This document shows positions 35,627 through 47,531 of a stretch of DNA of 64,000 nt, piece by piece. The notes below the pieces were generated by a model. That model saw only the letters and a program-made list of their open reading frames with translations. It was not told the DNA's origin and made no database searches. Within the stretch, counting starts at the first letter, position 1. Each line of letters opens with the position of its first letter. Position numbers and translations under genes: made by a program. This DNA is from an uncultured bacterium (GTDB taxonomy: Bacteria > Zhuqueibacterota > QNDG01 > CAYUAG01): positions 22,756 through 86,755 of the forward strand of contig CAZKMO010000001.1 of the NCBI GenBank assembly GCA_964554015.1, given 5' to 3'.

Positions 35627-38575
35627 CTAATCAAGAAAATCAAATAAAACTCCCAGATAAAACCGCCATTCTTCACCATAGGAATTTCCCCGCAGCCGAT
35701 ACTTGTCAAAACCATACACACTGTCAAAGGTTAGGCATAAGGGAAAATTATAAAAAGAGAACAGCTGCAAACGAAGTTGTAACCCTGCATCCCTTTTAAT
35801 TTGGTCAAAATCAAAATCTTTACTCCATATATTCCCTGCCTGGGCATATACTGACAGATAAAGTTTATGCAGATGGAGAAACCATAATCTGGTATTGAGA
35901 TGGGTTGAAATGGGGAAACGGTAGGCTGCATCAAATTGCAATAATTTTCTTCCCTGCAGGCTGTAAAAGGAATAGCCTTTTAATCCTTCCAGGCCTCCAC
36001 CGAAAAAATAGTAAAAATCATCAACTGGTCTGTCAATGTATCCGGCCTTGAGTCTGAGGGCAGAAGAATGCTGTTTGAATAAACCAGGCAGATATTCAAA
36101 CCAGTCCATCTCCAAGGAATAAAATTTATAGGTTTTATATTTTTCCACCAGGGTTCCATAATCTTTATGAACTTTAAAATCATCCAGAAATTTATTATAT
36201 GACCATTTACCCCAGATACTTATATTCCGCCCGCCATCAGGAGCAATACTTGATGAAGCGCTGGGTTTTAGGGCCCGATAATCCCATTTGACCTGTAGAT
36301 CATTGCCCAGATGATAATTATAGGAAAAATCAATCTTCTGATTCTGTTCTTCAAAAGACATGCCAGCGTCAGATCGGGAAAAAATATAGGCAGTACGCAG
36401 CTTATGATCATCACCAAGAGGCCAATCCGCCCCCAGGTCTACTTCTATCAGATTAAAACTATAGTCTCTTTCTTCTATACTGGTATGACGGCGCTGATTG
36501 TAAGCTTCCAAAAACAAAGTGGGATATAATTCCCGATCATTGAAAATACAAAACAGATCAGTATCAAACTGAGTATTCAAAGCAGCACCACCAAAAATAA
36601 AAATCTTGTCCAAAAAATCACTTCCGGTAAAATAGGCGCCCAATTTTATTTTCCCGGGATAATCTGACATTATTCTGGGGAAAAAAGATAACTTGGACAA
36701 CATTTTTTTATAAGGCCTGCTTTCATAGTCAGGGATTTTGGTATCATCATAGCTGCTGATGGCAATCTTTTGAGAATCCCGCCACTCTCTGATCTTCTGA
36801 TAGGGTGATACATATCTTTGTTTAGGGATAGATGAGTTACTGATCGAATCCATATAGGCAATTTTATATCCATCCGCAGTAAACAGAGAAAAGGTCAGTT
36901 TTTCATTCCTGTCTACAGCCGGCATAAAAGCTCCTCCCGGCACTGCGGTGAGTACTGTCGAATTGCCGGTTTCCATATTCAGGCAGTAAACATTAAAAAT
37001 TCCGGAACTGTCACTGGAAAAGTATAATTTCTTTCCCTCCGGACCAGGAAAGGCATCCCGGTTATCCCACTTGTTTTTAATCAAATAGGTAAATTCTGAA
37101 CCGGAAGAATCCACACAAGCAATAGCCCGGGATTCTTTACCCTCATCAAAGCTGAAAACAATTCGCCCGTCCGGCATCCAGCGGGGAGCTAAGATCTGTT
37201 CTCCCTTACTGAACTCTGTAATCATTTTCAGTGTATTCTGTTGTAAATCATAGATGCAGAGATTACAAGTACCGTCCTTTTGCACCACACACACAATTTT
37301 TCTATACTGGGAAGACACATCAGGCTCTTGCGTACGGGCACTGTGCGTTAAACGCTTCTCCTTTTTGTTTTTCAGATCAAAGATGTATAGATCATAGAAA
37401 TGAGAACCCTGCACGGTCGGGTCAGTTCTTTTTGCGTATACCAAGCTGGTATCAGAGAGCCAGGAAACCGAGGTTGTCACTCCGGATTGAACCATCTTTT
37501 TTTCCCCGGTTTGTAAGTTCCACACCCATAAATTCAATTGAGAAGAGTAATCGTTACCGCAGCTGGAAATATAGGCGATATGTTTACTGTCCGGAGACAG
37601 TACCGGATAGTAATTGCCGCTTCCTTTTGGTTCCAAAATTTTATAATTTTTATTTTTACTGAAGTTATTATTAAAATAGCCGGTAAGCAGCCAGTCTTTC
37701 CATTCAGCATACAGTTCTTTACTGCTCTTGCCTAAAACCTGTTTGGTTGCCTGGGAAAAACTCAAATCAAGAGGTTTACTCATAGAATGAATCAGCTGAT
37801 TAAGTTTTTCTTCACCATAGGTAAAGGCCAGGTAAAGGGTAAATCCGTACCCTTGGTTGTACACTCTTTCATTTCCCAGTCCCTTTTTGCCGAATACTCC
37901 CATCTGCTTAATTCCCAGCAGTCTATCTTCCAGACAAGCGGTTCTCAATACCATATCCCGGTGAGTATCCCAGGTATCATAATCCAAGCCTGCTCGCTGG
38001 AATTGAGCAACTCCCTCTGCAAACCACATGGGAATCACTGTGCCTGCCAGGGGAAATGATACCAGTCTGTTAGGATATCCGTGAATCACATCCGGTCTTT
38101 TTTCTTTTTCGTACCCCAGCCACTGAATATATAGAGCCGGGATCTGTCTGGGTAATTTTCTGGCTGCTCCCAGGGAAATCATATGAGAAAATTCATGGGT
38201 AATAACGTTCCGCAGCCAGTTATGACTGCCTCTGAGAAAAAATTCCAGGGAAGGGGCCCAGAGTTCAACTTTATTATTATAGTAAAAAGCAGCACCATTG
38301 GAAACATCGCCATGATCTCGGACAATAAAATGCATTTTCCCGTCGGGTTTATAGGAATACAGGGAAGTTATGGGATCAAAAATTTGTTCGGCAATCTTTG
38401 CGGTTAAGCGGGCAGTACGTTCTGTTCCCTGATGAAAATGTATGTAAAAATGATCTGTTTCTATCGTACGCCAGTTCAGCTCCGGGTGGTTGAATGTCTC
38501 CATCTGCCCCCATAAAGGAACTGAGATAAGTATAAGTAAGAAAGGAATTAATATATTTTTCAATTGCATATTCAA
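35627..38575 (-). CDS. Secreted zinc-metallopeptidase-like protein with HEXXH, TolB-type PD40 beta-propeller repeats and a C-terminal beta-rich (barrel-like) domain.
   Basis: There is a signal peptide. The motif HEFSHMISLGAARK is present. PD40-like repeats (YYPVLSPDSKHIAYIS, WMPDGRIVFSF) are present. Length is 982 aa. Confidence 0.5.
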   Translation of the reverse strand: MNMQLKNILIPFLLILISVPLWGQMETFNHPELNWRTIETDHFYIHFHQGTERTARLTAKIAEQIFDPITSLYSYKPDGKMHFIVRDHGDVSNGAAFYYNNKVELWAPSLEFFLRGSHNWLRNVITHEFSHMISLGAARKLPRQIPALYIQWLGYEKEKRPDVIHGYPNRLVSFPLAGTVIPMWFAEGVAQFQRAGLDYDTWDTHRDMVLRTACLEDRLLGIKQMGVFGKKGLGNERVYNQGYGFTLYLAFTYGEEKLNQLIHSMSKPLDLSFSQATKQVLGKSSKELYAEWKDWLLTGYFNNNFSKNKNYKILEPKGSGNYYPVLSPDSKHIAYISSCGNDYSSQLNLWVWNLQTGEKKMVQSGVTTSVSWLSDTSLVYAKRTDPTVQGSHFYDLYIFDLKNKKEKRLTHSARTQEPDVSSQYRKIVCVVQKDGTCNLCIYDLQQNTLKMITEFSKGEQILAPRWMPDGRIVFSFDEGKESRAIACVDSSGSEFTYLIKNKWDNRDAFPGPEGKKLYFSSDSSGIFNVYCLNMETGNSTVLTAVPGGAFMPAVDRNEKLTFSLFTADGYKIAYMDSISNSSIPKQRYVSPYQKIREWRDSQKIAISSYDDTKIPDYESRPYKKMLSKLSFFPRIMSDYPGKIKLGAYFTGSDFLDKIFIFGGAALNTQFDTDLFCIFNDRELYPTLFLEAYNQRRHTSIEERDYSFNLIEVDLGADWPLGDDHKLRTAYIFSRSDAGMSFEEQNQKIDFSYNYHLGNDLQVKWDYRALKPSASSSIAPDGGRNISIWGKWSYNKFLDDFKVHKDYGTLVEKYKTYKFYSLEMDWFEYLPGLFKQHSSALRLKAGYIDRPVDDFYYFFGGGLEGLKGYSFYSLQGRKLLQFDAAYRFPISTHLNTRLWFLHLHKLYLSVYAQAGNIWSKDFDFDQIKRDAGLQLRLQLFSFYNFPLCLTFDSVYGFDKYRLRGNSYGEEWRFYLGVLFDFLD

Positions 38576-38694
38576 TTTTTTCTGTCTTTAGAAGATAAAA
38601 ATTTGAAGATAAGACCCTATTCCCATCCTCTCAAACCAATTAATTTTTAATCTTCTGTTTTATCCTTTATCTTTTATCTTTTGTATTTTTTCTT

Positions 38695-41600
38695 CTATTT
38701 AATGACTGCAATCTTACAAATGACTGCTTTCTCTCTGGAACCGGCATCTGCCTTAACCCGGCAGAAATAAACCCCGCTTTCCTTTCCGGAAATATCCCAC
38801 CTAATTTCATTTTCCGTGTTACCCATGCCGGGGCCGGAAAAGGAATCCACTAATTCCCCCGCCAGATCATATATTTCTATGGATACCTTAGCCTGCTTTT
38901 CCAGACGGTACCTGATATAAGTAAAATTCCCTTTTGCCGGGTTGGGATAGTTATACACCAGATTATCAGGCATAAGATCGGACTTCTCCGGAACAGCAAT
39001 TGGTTTTACTCTGCTCATCCCGGAATTGGCTGCATCGTAAAGATAACTTCCCCAAGGAATCAATTCGGCTGAATAACTGCCGGGAAGATCCCATACAAAC
39101 AACTCTCCCCTTTCCGAAACCGCTGCCATCTCCAGGTCGCCATCCTTATCCAGATCCAACAAAGTAGGTGAACCCGGAATTGATCCGCCCGTGGTCAGGG
39201 GAAAACCGGTTACCATTTCTCCGGAATAATTCCAGGCTTCAATATTCCCTTCAGAGTTGGCAACCACAATATCAATCTTATCATCTCCATTAACATCTCC
39301 CAGCAGGCAGGAAGACAACTCCGCTGTACGGGGAAAATAGGGAAAAGGTGAATAGTCGACATAACTGGCATTGGCGTTAAATCCGTATATCTTATCCTGC
39401 GCTGTAATTACAATCTCACTTATTCCATCCCCGTCAATATCTCCGGCAGCAGGGAAAGAGAGAGAGGAACCGGTTATTTTATCTTCTGTAGTATAATAAT
39501 CATCCTCAAATCTGTCATAAATCAGCAGATTTCCGCTCCGGGAAACAACTGCAGTCAAAGGATAATCTTGTTCTCCCAGATAAGCCGATATGGGATTATG
39601 GAGTTCTCCAGCTTCTGAAAACTGTTTTTCTTTTATCAGAGAACCGGCGTTATCTATAAATATTAGATTAGAGGAAACAGTAACCGCAATAGCCCCCTCC
39701 TCATCAGCCTGACAGATACCGGTGATAGCTTCCTCTCCTGCCTGGTAATCCCATTTAAGAGATCCGGTGCTGGTGAGACTGAAAACTTTCCCTTCTCTGG
39801 TACCAAATATCAAACAGGTATCCGAGGGTGATGTAATTATGTGCAGATTGGTGGAAATCGAAGTTTGATCATTATTCCAGGAAAATACCTTGGTTGCTGC
39901 CAGGCCCCCGCCATTTCCCCCTTCCATACCCCAGCCGGACACGGTTCCGCTCTTATCAGCTATTATAATTTCATCCCGAAAATCTCCATTGATATCAAAC
40001 ACCAGGGGAGAAATGGATATTGTTTCCGAACATTTGATTAATAAAGGAACCTTATAAAAAATAGTATCATGGGTAACCGTCACCCGAAAACCGGTAGAAT
40101 CGGAGGAAAAGGGAGTACCATCCTGGTTCCAGGCAAATATTGCGTGGTCTGAAGCAATGATCAGTTCCCGATTTCCTTCTCCGTTCAGGTCTCCTGTCAG
40201 TACCGGAGAAACCCAGGTGGAGCAGCTCTGAAAATAAGAGGGGAAACCTGGCTGCAGCATATCGGTGGTAAGGGAAAAACTCATCACTGTATCTCTGGGG
40301 GAAAAATCAGTGATCACAATATGGGAATTACCACCCTGGTTTGATCGGGAGTTAGGGAAACTGAAGGGAGTAAACATCACCTTAGTTGTATCATTTACTT
40401 CTTGATTTATCTCATTGTCCTGATACCAGGCATCCTGTAAAACACCGTATTCTGAACCATAACCATAAGAAGTATAACTATATAATTCACCGATATCCTG
40501 AGCCCCATCTGCCTCCTCCAGGTCAACCCCCCGGTGATTCTTATCCGCATTGATCCTATTTTCTTCTATGGTTCTGCGGATCACCTCTTCATCAATATGC
40601 CAGATCAATATACCTGAGCCGGGAAGGCCGTAATCATACTCTTCCACTGAAGTTATAACTCCATACCTTTCCATCTCAATAGTTCCATCGGATCGGAATA
40701 TTACTTGTCCGCCGTTAGCGGTTCTTCCGGTAGTTATACTGTCTCCGTTGGTATCATACTGGCGGTTTTCAATCAGAAAATATTCATGATCATTAATGGG
40801 CACTTTATAAATTTTATTGGATTCAGTTGCTTTGGAGCAGGCTATTTTTATATTATTCTGGTGAGTAATTGTTATTGGTTTTTCCCAACCCATTAATACT
40901 TTGCTGAAAGCACAGGGCTCGGCTGGTATCAATCCTATATAATTTCCGGATCCCTGATCCATTAATCCCCACATACCAATACCGGAATGACCGGTCTCCG
41001 TATTCCAGAGAGCAGGCAGACCCAGCTGGAATCCATACATAATACTCATAGTACCCAAAAGACCTATTTCATAAAAATATTGACTGTCTTCCTGATTTTG
41101 GGTTTCAGGAAGGATAATTCCTTCTTGTACCCGGAAACTGCTGTTCTCAACTTCAATACCCGGAAAATTCGGATCTCCTGGGGCAAGATATCTGCGTAAT
41201 TTATCCAGATCTAAAAAGGCGGAAGAAATATCATGAGGTGTGGGATCATAATCAAAAGCAAAATCATTTCCTACTCCGGCATGAAAAATAATATAGGAAT
41301 CATAATGGGAGAACTCAGCACCTGCTGCATCAGCAGCATGGATTGCATCACCAAAAAGTTCAACCAATCCTCTATCAACTCCGGTATCACTATCTTCTGA
41401 GCTATAATAGGACATGGCATGATTAAGTTTCAGTATTTCCGGAAATACTGTACCACTTAAAATCAGCTTTCCTCCGGAAACCGCTTTATAGTAGGAACTC
41501 AGGGCTGTAAGTTGATTTTTAAAATAAGATTGGTTATGAGGTGACGGATCAATGACAGTATCTTCAACGGTGAGCATAAATGTACCATCTCCAGTAGTAA

Positions 41601-41859
41601 GGGAATCATCTTTTTTAATAAATTCAACCATAAAGGCCAAAATATTAACTGTATCACTATTATTAATTGTAAAATTTCTATTCTTTTCCGAGAAAAAGAC
41701 TTTTTCTCCCTTCCAGGAAAGAAAAGATGATTTCACTAAATTTTTTCTGGAAATAGAGCATTTTTTAAAATCGTATTTTATATTATTAACCGAAGCAGAA
41801 ACGATGCTTGAGAATATAATGAAAATATTGATAAACAATTTACAGATACTACTTTTCAT
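38695..41859 (-). CDS. Large FG-GAP/VCBS-repeat surface protein with a T9SS C-terminal sorting domain.
   Basis: There is a signal peptide. Repeated FDINGDFRDEIII, GDIDGDGISEIVI, GDVNGDDKIDIVV and LDLDKDGDLEM (FG-GAP calcium loops) are present. The CTD YNYPNPAKGNFTYIRY...GVYFCRV is present. Confidence 0.6.
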   Translation of the reverse strand: MKSSICKLFINIFIIFSSIVSASVNNIKYDFKKCSISRKNLVKSSFLSWKGEKVFFSEKNRNFTINNSDTVNILAFMVEFIKKDDSLTTGDGTFMLTVEDTVIDPSPHNQSYFKNQLTALSSYYKAVSGGKLILSGTVFPEILKLNHAMSYYSSEDSDTGVDRGLVELFGDAIHAADAAGAEFSHYDSYIIFHAGVGNDFAFDYDPTPHDISSAFLDLDKLRRYLAPGDPNFPGIEVENSSFRVQEGIILPETQNQEDSQYFYEIGLLGTMSIMYGFQLGLPALWNTETGHSGIGMWGLMDQGSGNYIGLIPAEPCAFSKVLMGWEKPITITHQNNIKIACSKATESNKIYKVPINDHEYFLIENRQYDTNGDSITTGRTANGGQVIFRSDGTIEMERYGVITSVEEYDYGLPGSGILIWHIDEEVIRRTIEENRINADKNHRGVDLEEADGAQDIGELYSYTSYGYGSEYGVLQDAWYQDNEINQEVNDTTKVMFTPFSFPNSRSNQGGNSHIVITDFSPRDTVMSFSLTTDMLQPGFPSYFQSCSTWVSPVLTGDLNGEGNRELIIASDHAIFAWNQDGTPFSSDSTGFRVTVTHDTIFYKVPLLIKCSETISISPLVFDINGDFRDEIIIADKSGTVSGWGMEGGNGGGLAATKVFSWNNDQTSISTNLHIITSPSDTCLIFGTREGKVFSLTSTGSLKWDYQAGEEAITGICQADEEGAIAVTVSSNLIFIDNAGSLIKEKQFSEAGELHNPISAYLGEQDYPLTAVVSRSGNLLIYDRFEDDYYTTEDKITGSSLSFPAAGDIDGDGISEIVITAQDKIYGFNANASYVDYSPFPYFPRTAELSSCLLGDVNGDDKIDIVVANSEGNIEAWNYSGEMVTGFPLTTGGSIPGSPTLLDLDKDGDLEMAAVSERGELFVWDLPGSYSAELIPWGSYLYDAANSGMSRVKPIAVPEKSDLMPDNLVYNYPNPAKGNFTYIRYRLEKQAKVSIEIYDLAGELVDSFSGPGMGNTENEIRWDISGKESGVYFCRVKADAGSREKAVICKIAVIK

Positions 41860-42015
41860 AATTACTATTCCTAGAAAAAGTTACACCTTGCCATCTTAAT
41901 GCATACTGAATAAACTGCCCGCCAAAAACACAAAATTTTTCTATCTAAATTATACCTATAATTTAAATTATTTGATGTATTCTGTATTTTTGGCAGGCAA
42001 ATATAAACTCGGGTT

Positions 42016-43074
42016 CTAAAATCCGAGACTAAGAGAAAATCTCATGGTATCAGAGAGGGGATGTCCTTTTTCAGCAGCCACATAAGCAAAATCAAACCTG
42101 TAGGTATTATATTGAAGACCGGCACCAAAGGTAGGAAACTTTACTTTGCCAATTTCATCATAATAGTAGCCGGTTCTTAAAAATATCATATCACTATAAA
42201 CATATTCTAATCCCATACAGGTAATAAGCTCTTGCAATTGTTCATCTATGGGTTTATCTGTCCAACTGGTAAAAATGGCTTTATAAAAAGCATCCGATTC
42301 ATTCCCTTTCTTGACTACCATAAGTTTATTAGTATCAAGAGTTAAAGTTAGTCTATTATATTTTTTATCCAAGACTTTGTAGGCAAATCCCAATTTTAAA
42401 TTTGTCGGCAAGGGATCTGCTTGGGCAGCATCAACATAAGCTATTTTGGGGCCCATATTGGCAAGATTTGCTCCAAATGATAATCCTTTGATAAATCCAA
42501 TTTTCCAGAGAACTCCCACATCAAAAGCAAAGGCATTACCAGAACCACTGCCCTTCTCGGTTCCGACATCAACCCAATCAGGAGCAAGCATACTTTGGAT
42601 GTAACGTACATTAACACCCAATCCAACATTATCGGTTACCTTGGTTGCATACCCCAGGGTTATAGCAAAATCATAACTTTGGAATCTGCCTCTTTCTTCC
42701 CCGGTTTCACCTGTCCATACCTGCTCTCCCATATTCAGATAGGTAACATTAGCAGCGATAGTCCCTCCCAAGCTCTCCACATAATGCCGGTAAGAAGCAA
42801 ATTCATAAAACATATCATCAACTAATCCCGGAAGCCATTTACAATGCATAAAAATAATCTCTTTACCTTTCAGAAAGGCAAGTCCACCCGGATTCCAATA
42901 TATGGCTGTTGCATCATCGGCAAGGGCTACAAATGATTCTCCCATACCCGAAGCCCGGGCTCCTGGTGAAATTAATAGAAACAGCACCGCAGCTTCACTT
43001 ACAGCAAATACATTAGATGCCATAATCAAGCTAAATACGAAAACCAATAAAATTATTGTTAATTTTTTCATCAA
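42016..43074 (-). CDS. FadL/OMPP1-family outer-membrane beta-barrel protein. It may be a T9SS PorV-like shuttle.
   Basis: There is a signal peptide. The N-terminal hallmark GARASGMGESFVALADDATAIYWNPGGLAF is present. It ends in aromatic ...SLGF. It is adjacent to T9SS cargo genes. Confidence 0.5.
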   Translation of the reverse strand: MMKKLTIILLVFVFSLIMASNVFAVSEAAVLFLLISPGARASGMGESFVALADDATAIYWNPGGLAFLKGKEIIFMHCKWLPGLVDDMFYEFASYRHYVESLGGTIAANVTYLNMGEQVWTGETGEERGRFQSYDFAITLGYATKVTDNVGLGVNVRYIQSMLAPDWVDVGTEKGSGSGNAFAFDVGVLWKIGFIKGLSFGANLANMGPKIAYVDAAQADPLPTNLKLGFAYKVLDKKYNRLTLTLDTNKLMVVKKGNESDAFYKAIFTSWTDKPIDEQLQELITCMGLEYVYSDMIFLRTGYYYDEIGKVKFPTFGAGLQYNTYRFDFAYVAAEKGHPLSDTMRFSLSLGF

Positions 43075-43656
43075 TAATACCTCCCTAAAATAAAAAAACC
43101 GAACTTTTCAAAAAAATATAACCCGTATCATTAGTTATATTTTTTTAGTAATCCGGTCTGATGCAATAATTCGTTGCAGGCCATGGATACAGCTTAACTA
43201 TAATAGAAAAAAATTGTTTTATCCATCAGACCTATAACGAATTCTTATACGTAAACCTCTTATCTTTATTTAAAATTTCATTTAATATATAAATTTATGA
43301 TTTCAATGTCAAGTTTTTTTTAACTCTTTTTTAGTATGAAATTAAAACCTAAATATACCTTTATAAAAAAGACTGCAAAAAAAATGCCATCATATATTAA
43401 ATCACTAAAATCCTCATTAGGTGAGATATTTCCCTGTTACCAAGCCGGCCTTTATAGCTCTGGAGCCGAATAATACAGGCATAGCAATAACTTCACACAT
43501 ATATTTTGATTCACCGTGAAAACAATCAAATAAAACTTCACCCTGGTAAATAAATTGTATACCGATAATAAAAAAATAAAAAATTATATCCATCCCACCT
43601 CCATTTACTTGAATAAATAATAAAAAATCAGTACTTTAAAAAAAATATAAAAATCT

Positions 43657-44094
43657 ATGAATGAAAATACCCAAAAAGTACGAATAGATTCCTGGTTGAA
43701 TGCAGCCAGATTTTATAAAACCAGATCACAGGCAGCCAAAGCTTGTAAAGGTGGAAAAATTAAGGTAAATGGTAAGCGGGTAAAACCCCACAAATTCCTT
43801 AATATAGGTGATAATATCATCATACACTGGCATGATAGATATAGAGATATTACCGTAGAAGCTCTTGCTGACAGAGGTCTTCCTGCCCTAGAAGCCCAAA
43901 AATTATATAAGGAAGAAAAACAAATAACTCTTTCTGAAGAAGGCCAGCAGCTGATTAAAATCTTTAAAATAGGTCATAAAAAAAATAAAAAGAAATACAG
44001 GAAAAAACAAGGAAGACCCACTAAAAAGGAACGGCGAACGTTAGAGAAATTTAAACACAAAATGCATGGATCCAGTAATAATCAACATTCCTGA
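43657..44094 (+). CDS. hslR: RNA-binding S4-domain protein, Hsp15-like (ribosome-associated heat shock protein), with a Lys-rich tail.
   Basis: The sequence VRIDSWLNAARFYKTRSQAAKACKGGKIKVNGKRVKP is an S4 domain. Confidence 0.55.
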   Translation: MNENTQKVRIDSWLNAARFYKTRSQAAKACKGGKIKVNGKRVKPHKFLNIGDNIIIHWHDRYRDITVEALADRGLPALEAQKLYKEEKQITLSEEGQQLIKIFKIGHKKNKKKYRKKQGRPTKKERRTLEKFKHKMHGSSNNQHS

Positions 44095-44109
44095 AGAAAA
44101 TTATAATAA

Positions 44110-44766
44110 ATGAATACTAAAACCTTAATTACCGTATTATCTGTTCTACAAAAAGAATATAAACATTGGAAGACTCCTATAGTAACCGATATTGCCGAAA
44201 AAACAAAACAGCCCTTTAAAGTGCTTATTTCCACCATGCTTAGTTTAAGAACTAAAGATGAAGTAACTGCAAAAGCTGCTCACCGTCTTTTCCAGTTTGC
44301 AGACACACCTGAAACCATGCAAAATCTCCCTGTCTCCCGCCTTGAAAAATTAATTTATCCAGTAGGATTTTATAAAAAAAAAGCGGAAAATATCCACGCT
44401 GTAAGCACTATTCTTATGAACACCTATAAGGGTAAGGTTCCTGATGATCTGGAACTCCTTCTTGCTCTTCCCGGAGTAGGCAGAAAAACTGCTAATTTGG
44501 TTATGACCCGCGGCTTTTATAAACAGGGAATTTGTGTTGATACCCATGTGCATAGAATAATAAACAGGTTGGGATATGCAAAGACAAGAACACCCGAGGA
44601 AACGGAAAGAGTACTCAGAAATAAACTTCCCCCTCAATGGTGGATTCCCATCAATGATATACTGGTGGCTTTCGGGCAAAATCTCTGCAAACCGGTTAGC
44701 CCCTGGTGCAGCAGATGCCCTGTATTTAAAAAATGTAAAAAAATAGGAGTTGTTAAAAATCGTTAA
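44110..44766 (+). CDS. nth: Endonuclease III (DNA glycosylase/AP lyase).
   Basis: The HhH-GPD motif LLALPGVGRKTANLVM is present. The 4Fe-4S cluster motif CxxxxxxC..C...C lies at the C-terminus (CKPVSPWCSRCPVFKKC). Confidence 0.85.
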   Translation: MNTKTLITVLSVLQKEYKHWKTPIVTDIAEKTKQPFKVLISTMLSLRTKDEVTAKAAHRLFQFADTPETMQNLPVSRLEKLIYPVGFYKKKAENIHAVSTILMNTYKGKVPDDLELLLALPGVGRKTANLVMTRGFYKQGICVDTHVHRIINRLGYAKTRTPEETERVLRNKLPPQWWIPINDILVAFGQNLCKPVSPWCSRCPVFKKCKKIGVVKNR

Positions 44767-44889
44767 GAAAACTGAAATAACCATAATACTTTTTTTTAAA
44801 TTATAAAAGAATGCTTGAATGATTAGTCATTTTATATTATCTTTACTAGAAAAATAGTTAAATCATATAGGTCTATTTATGGAGGTAAA

Positions 44890-46197
44890 ATGAATATTGC
44901 CGTAATTGGAACCGGATACGTGGGACTGGTAGCTGGAACTTGTTTTGCTGAATCCGGAAATAATGTTATCTGTATGGATAATGATAAAAATAAAATTGAT
45001 AACCTAAAAAATGGTATTATTCCTATTTATGAACCCGGTCTAGAGCCCCTTATTATCAGAAATGTAAAAAATAAAAATCTACATTTTTCAACCGATATTA
45101 AAAAGACAATTAAAAATTCTGAAATAATATTTATTGCAGTAGGAACACCTCCTGATGAAGACGGTTCTGCTGATCTGAGTTATGTACTTGAGGTGGCTAA
45201 TTCCATAGGTAAGTATATGGAAAAACCAAAAATTGTAGTGGATAAAAGTACAGTTCCGGTAGGCACTGCCGCCCTGGTAAAAAAAACCATACAAAAGCAA
45301 ACTGATATTCCCGTCCAGGTAGTGTCCAATCCTGAATTTCTTAAAGAAGGTGCAGCCGTAGATGATTTTATGTATCCTGACCGGGTGGTTATAGGAACCA
45401 GTGATCCTGAAGTTGGTGAAACCATGAAAAAATTATACGAACCCTTTGTAAGAACCGGCAATCCAATCCATATTATGGATGAAATAAGTGCTGAAATGAC
45501 CAAATATGCAGCTAACGCTCTGCTTGCCACTAAAATATCCTTTATTAATGAAATGGCCAGACTATGCGAATTAGTGGGAGCCGATATAGAAAGCATACGA
45601 TTAGGTATTGGTTCGGATAAAAGAATAGGCTATTCCTTCATATTTCCAGGGGTAGGATATGGAGGGTCCTGCTTCCCTAAAGATGTAAAGGCAATAATAA
45701 AAACAGCCCAAAAAAATAATTTTCCCATGCGCATTTTAGAATCAGTTGAACAGGTAAATGAAGAGCAAAAAAAGCATTTGATCCCCAAAATTAAAAATCA
45801 TTTTAAAAATCTGAAAGGAAAGACAGTGGCAATCTGGGGATTAAGCTTTAAACCTAAAACCGATGACATGCGGGAAGCACCTTCCCGGGTAATGATAAAG
45901 GAGCTTAACAAGCTGGGAGTTAAAATTCAAGCGCATGATCCGGTTGCCATGGAGGAGGCAAAACGCTTACAATTAGACAAAAAAATCACTTTATGTGATG
46001 ATAATTATAAGGCTCTAAAAGGAGCAGACTGCCTGGTTATTGTTACCGAATGGCTTGAATATCGTAAACCTGATTTTGATAAAATAAAAAAATTACTAAA
46101 ACATCCGGTAATTTTTGACGGAAGAAATATCTATAATCCGAAAAATATGAAAGAGTTAGGTTTTGAATACTATTGTATTGGAAGACCAAAAAAATAA
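44890..46197 (+). CDS. ugd: UDP-glucose 6-dehydrogenase.
   Basis: The N-terminus MNIAVIGTGYVGLV is present. The catalytic motif GGSCFPKD is present. Length is 435 aa. Confidence 0.85.
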   Translation: MNIAVIGTGYVGLVAGTCFAESGNNVICMDNDKNKIDNLKNGIIPIYEPGLEPLIIRNVKNKNLHFSTDIKKTIKNSEIIFIAVGTPPDEDGSADLSYVLEVANSIGKYMEKPKIVVDKSTVPVGTAALVKKTIQKQTDIPVQVVSNPEFLKEGAAVDDFMYPDRVVIGTSDPEVGETMKKLYEPFVRTGNPIHIMDEISAEMTKYAANALLATKISFINEMARLCELVGADIESIRLGIGSDKRIGYSFIFPGVGYGGSCFPKDVKAIIKTAQKNNFPMRILESVEQVNEEQKKHLIPKIKNHFKNLKGKTVAIWGLSFKPKTDDMREAPSRVMIKELNKLGVKIQAHDPVAMEEAKRLQLDKKITLCDDNYKALKGADCLVIVTEWLEYRKPDFDKIKKLLKHPVIFDGRNIYNPKNMKELGFEYYCIGRPKK

Positions 46198-46200
46198 TAA

Positions 46201-47517
<1,317 letters not shown>

Positions 47518-47531
47518 CAAAGTTTATTTTA

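Noticed and set aside
43140-43260. Paired short inverted segments (GTCTGATG/CATCAGAC and AATTCGTT/AACGAATT) in the PorV-hslR intergenic region.
   Set aside because: The order of the segments (A, B, A', B') does not form a simple hairpin. They are short enough to occur by chance in AT-rich DNA.
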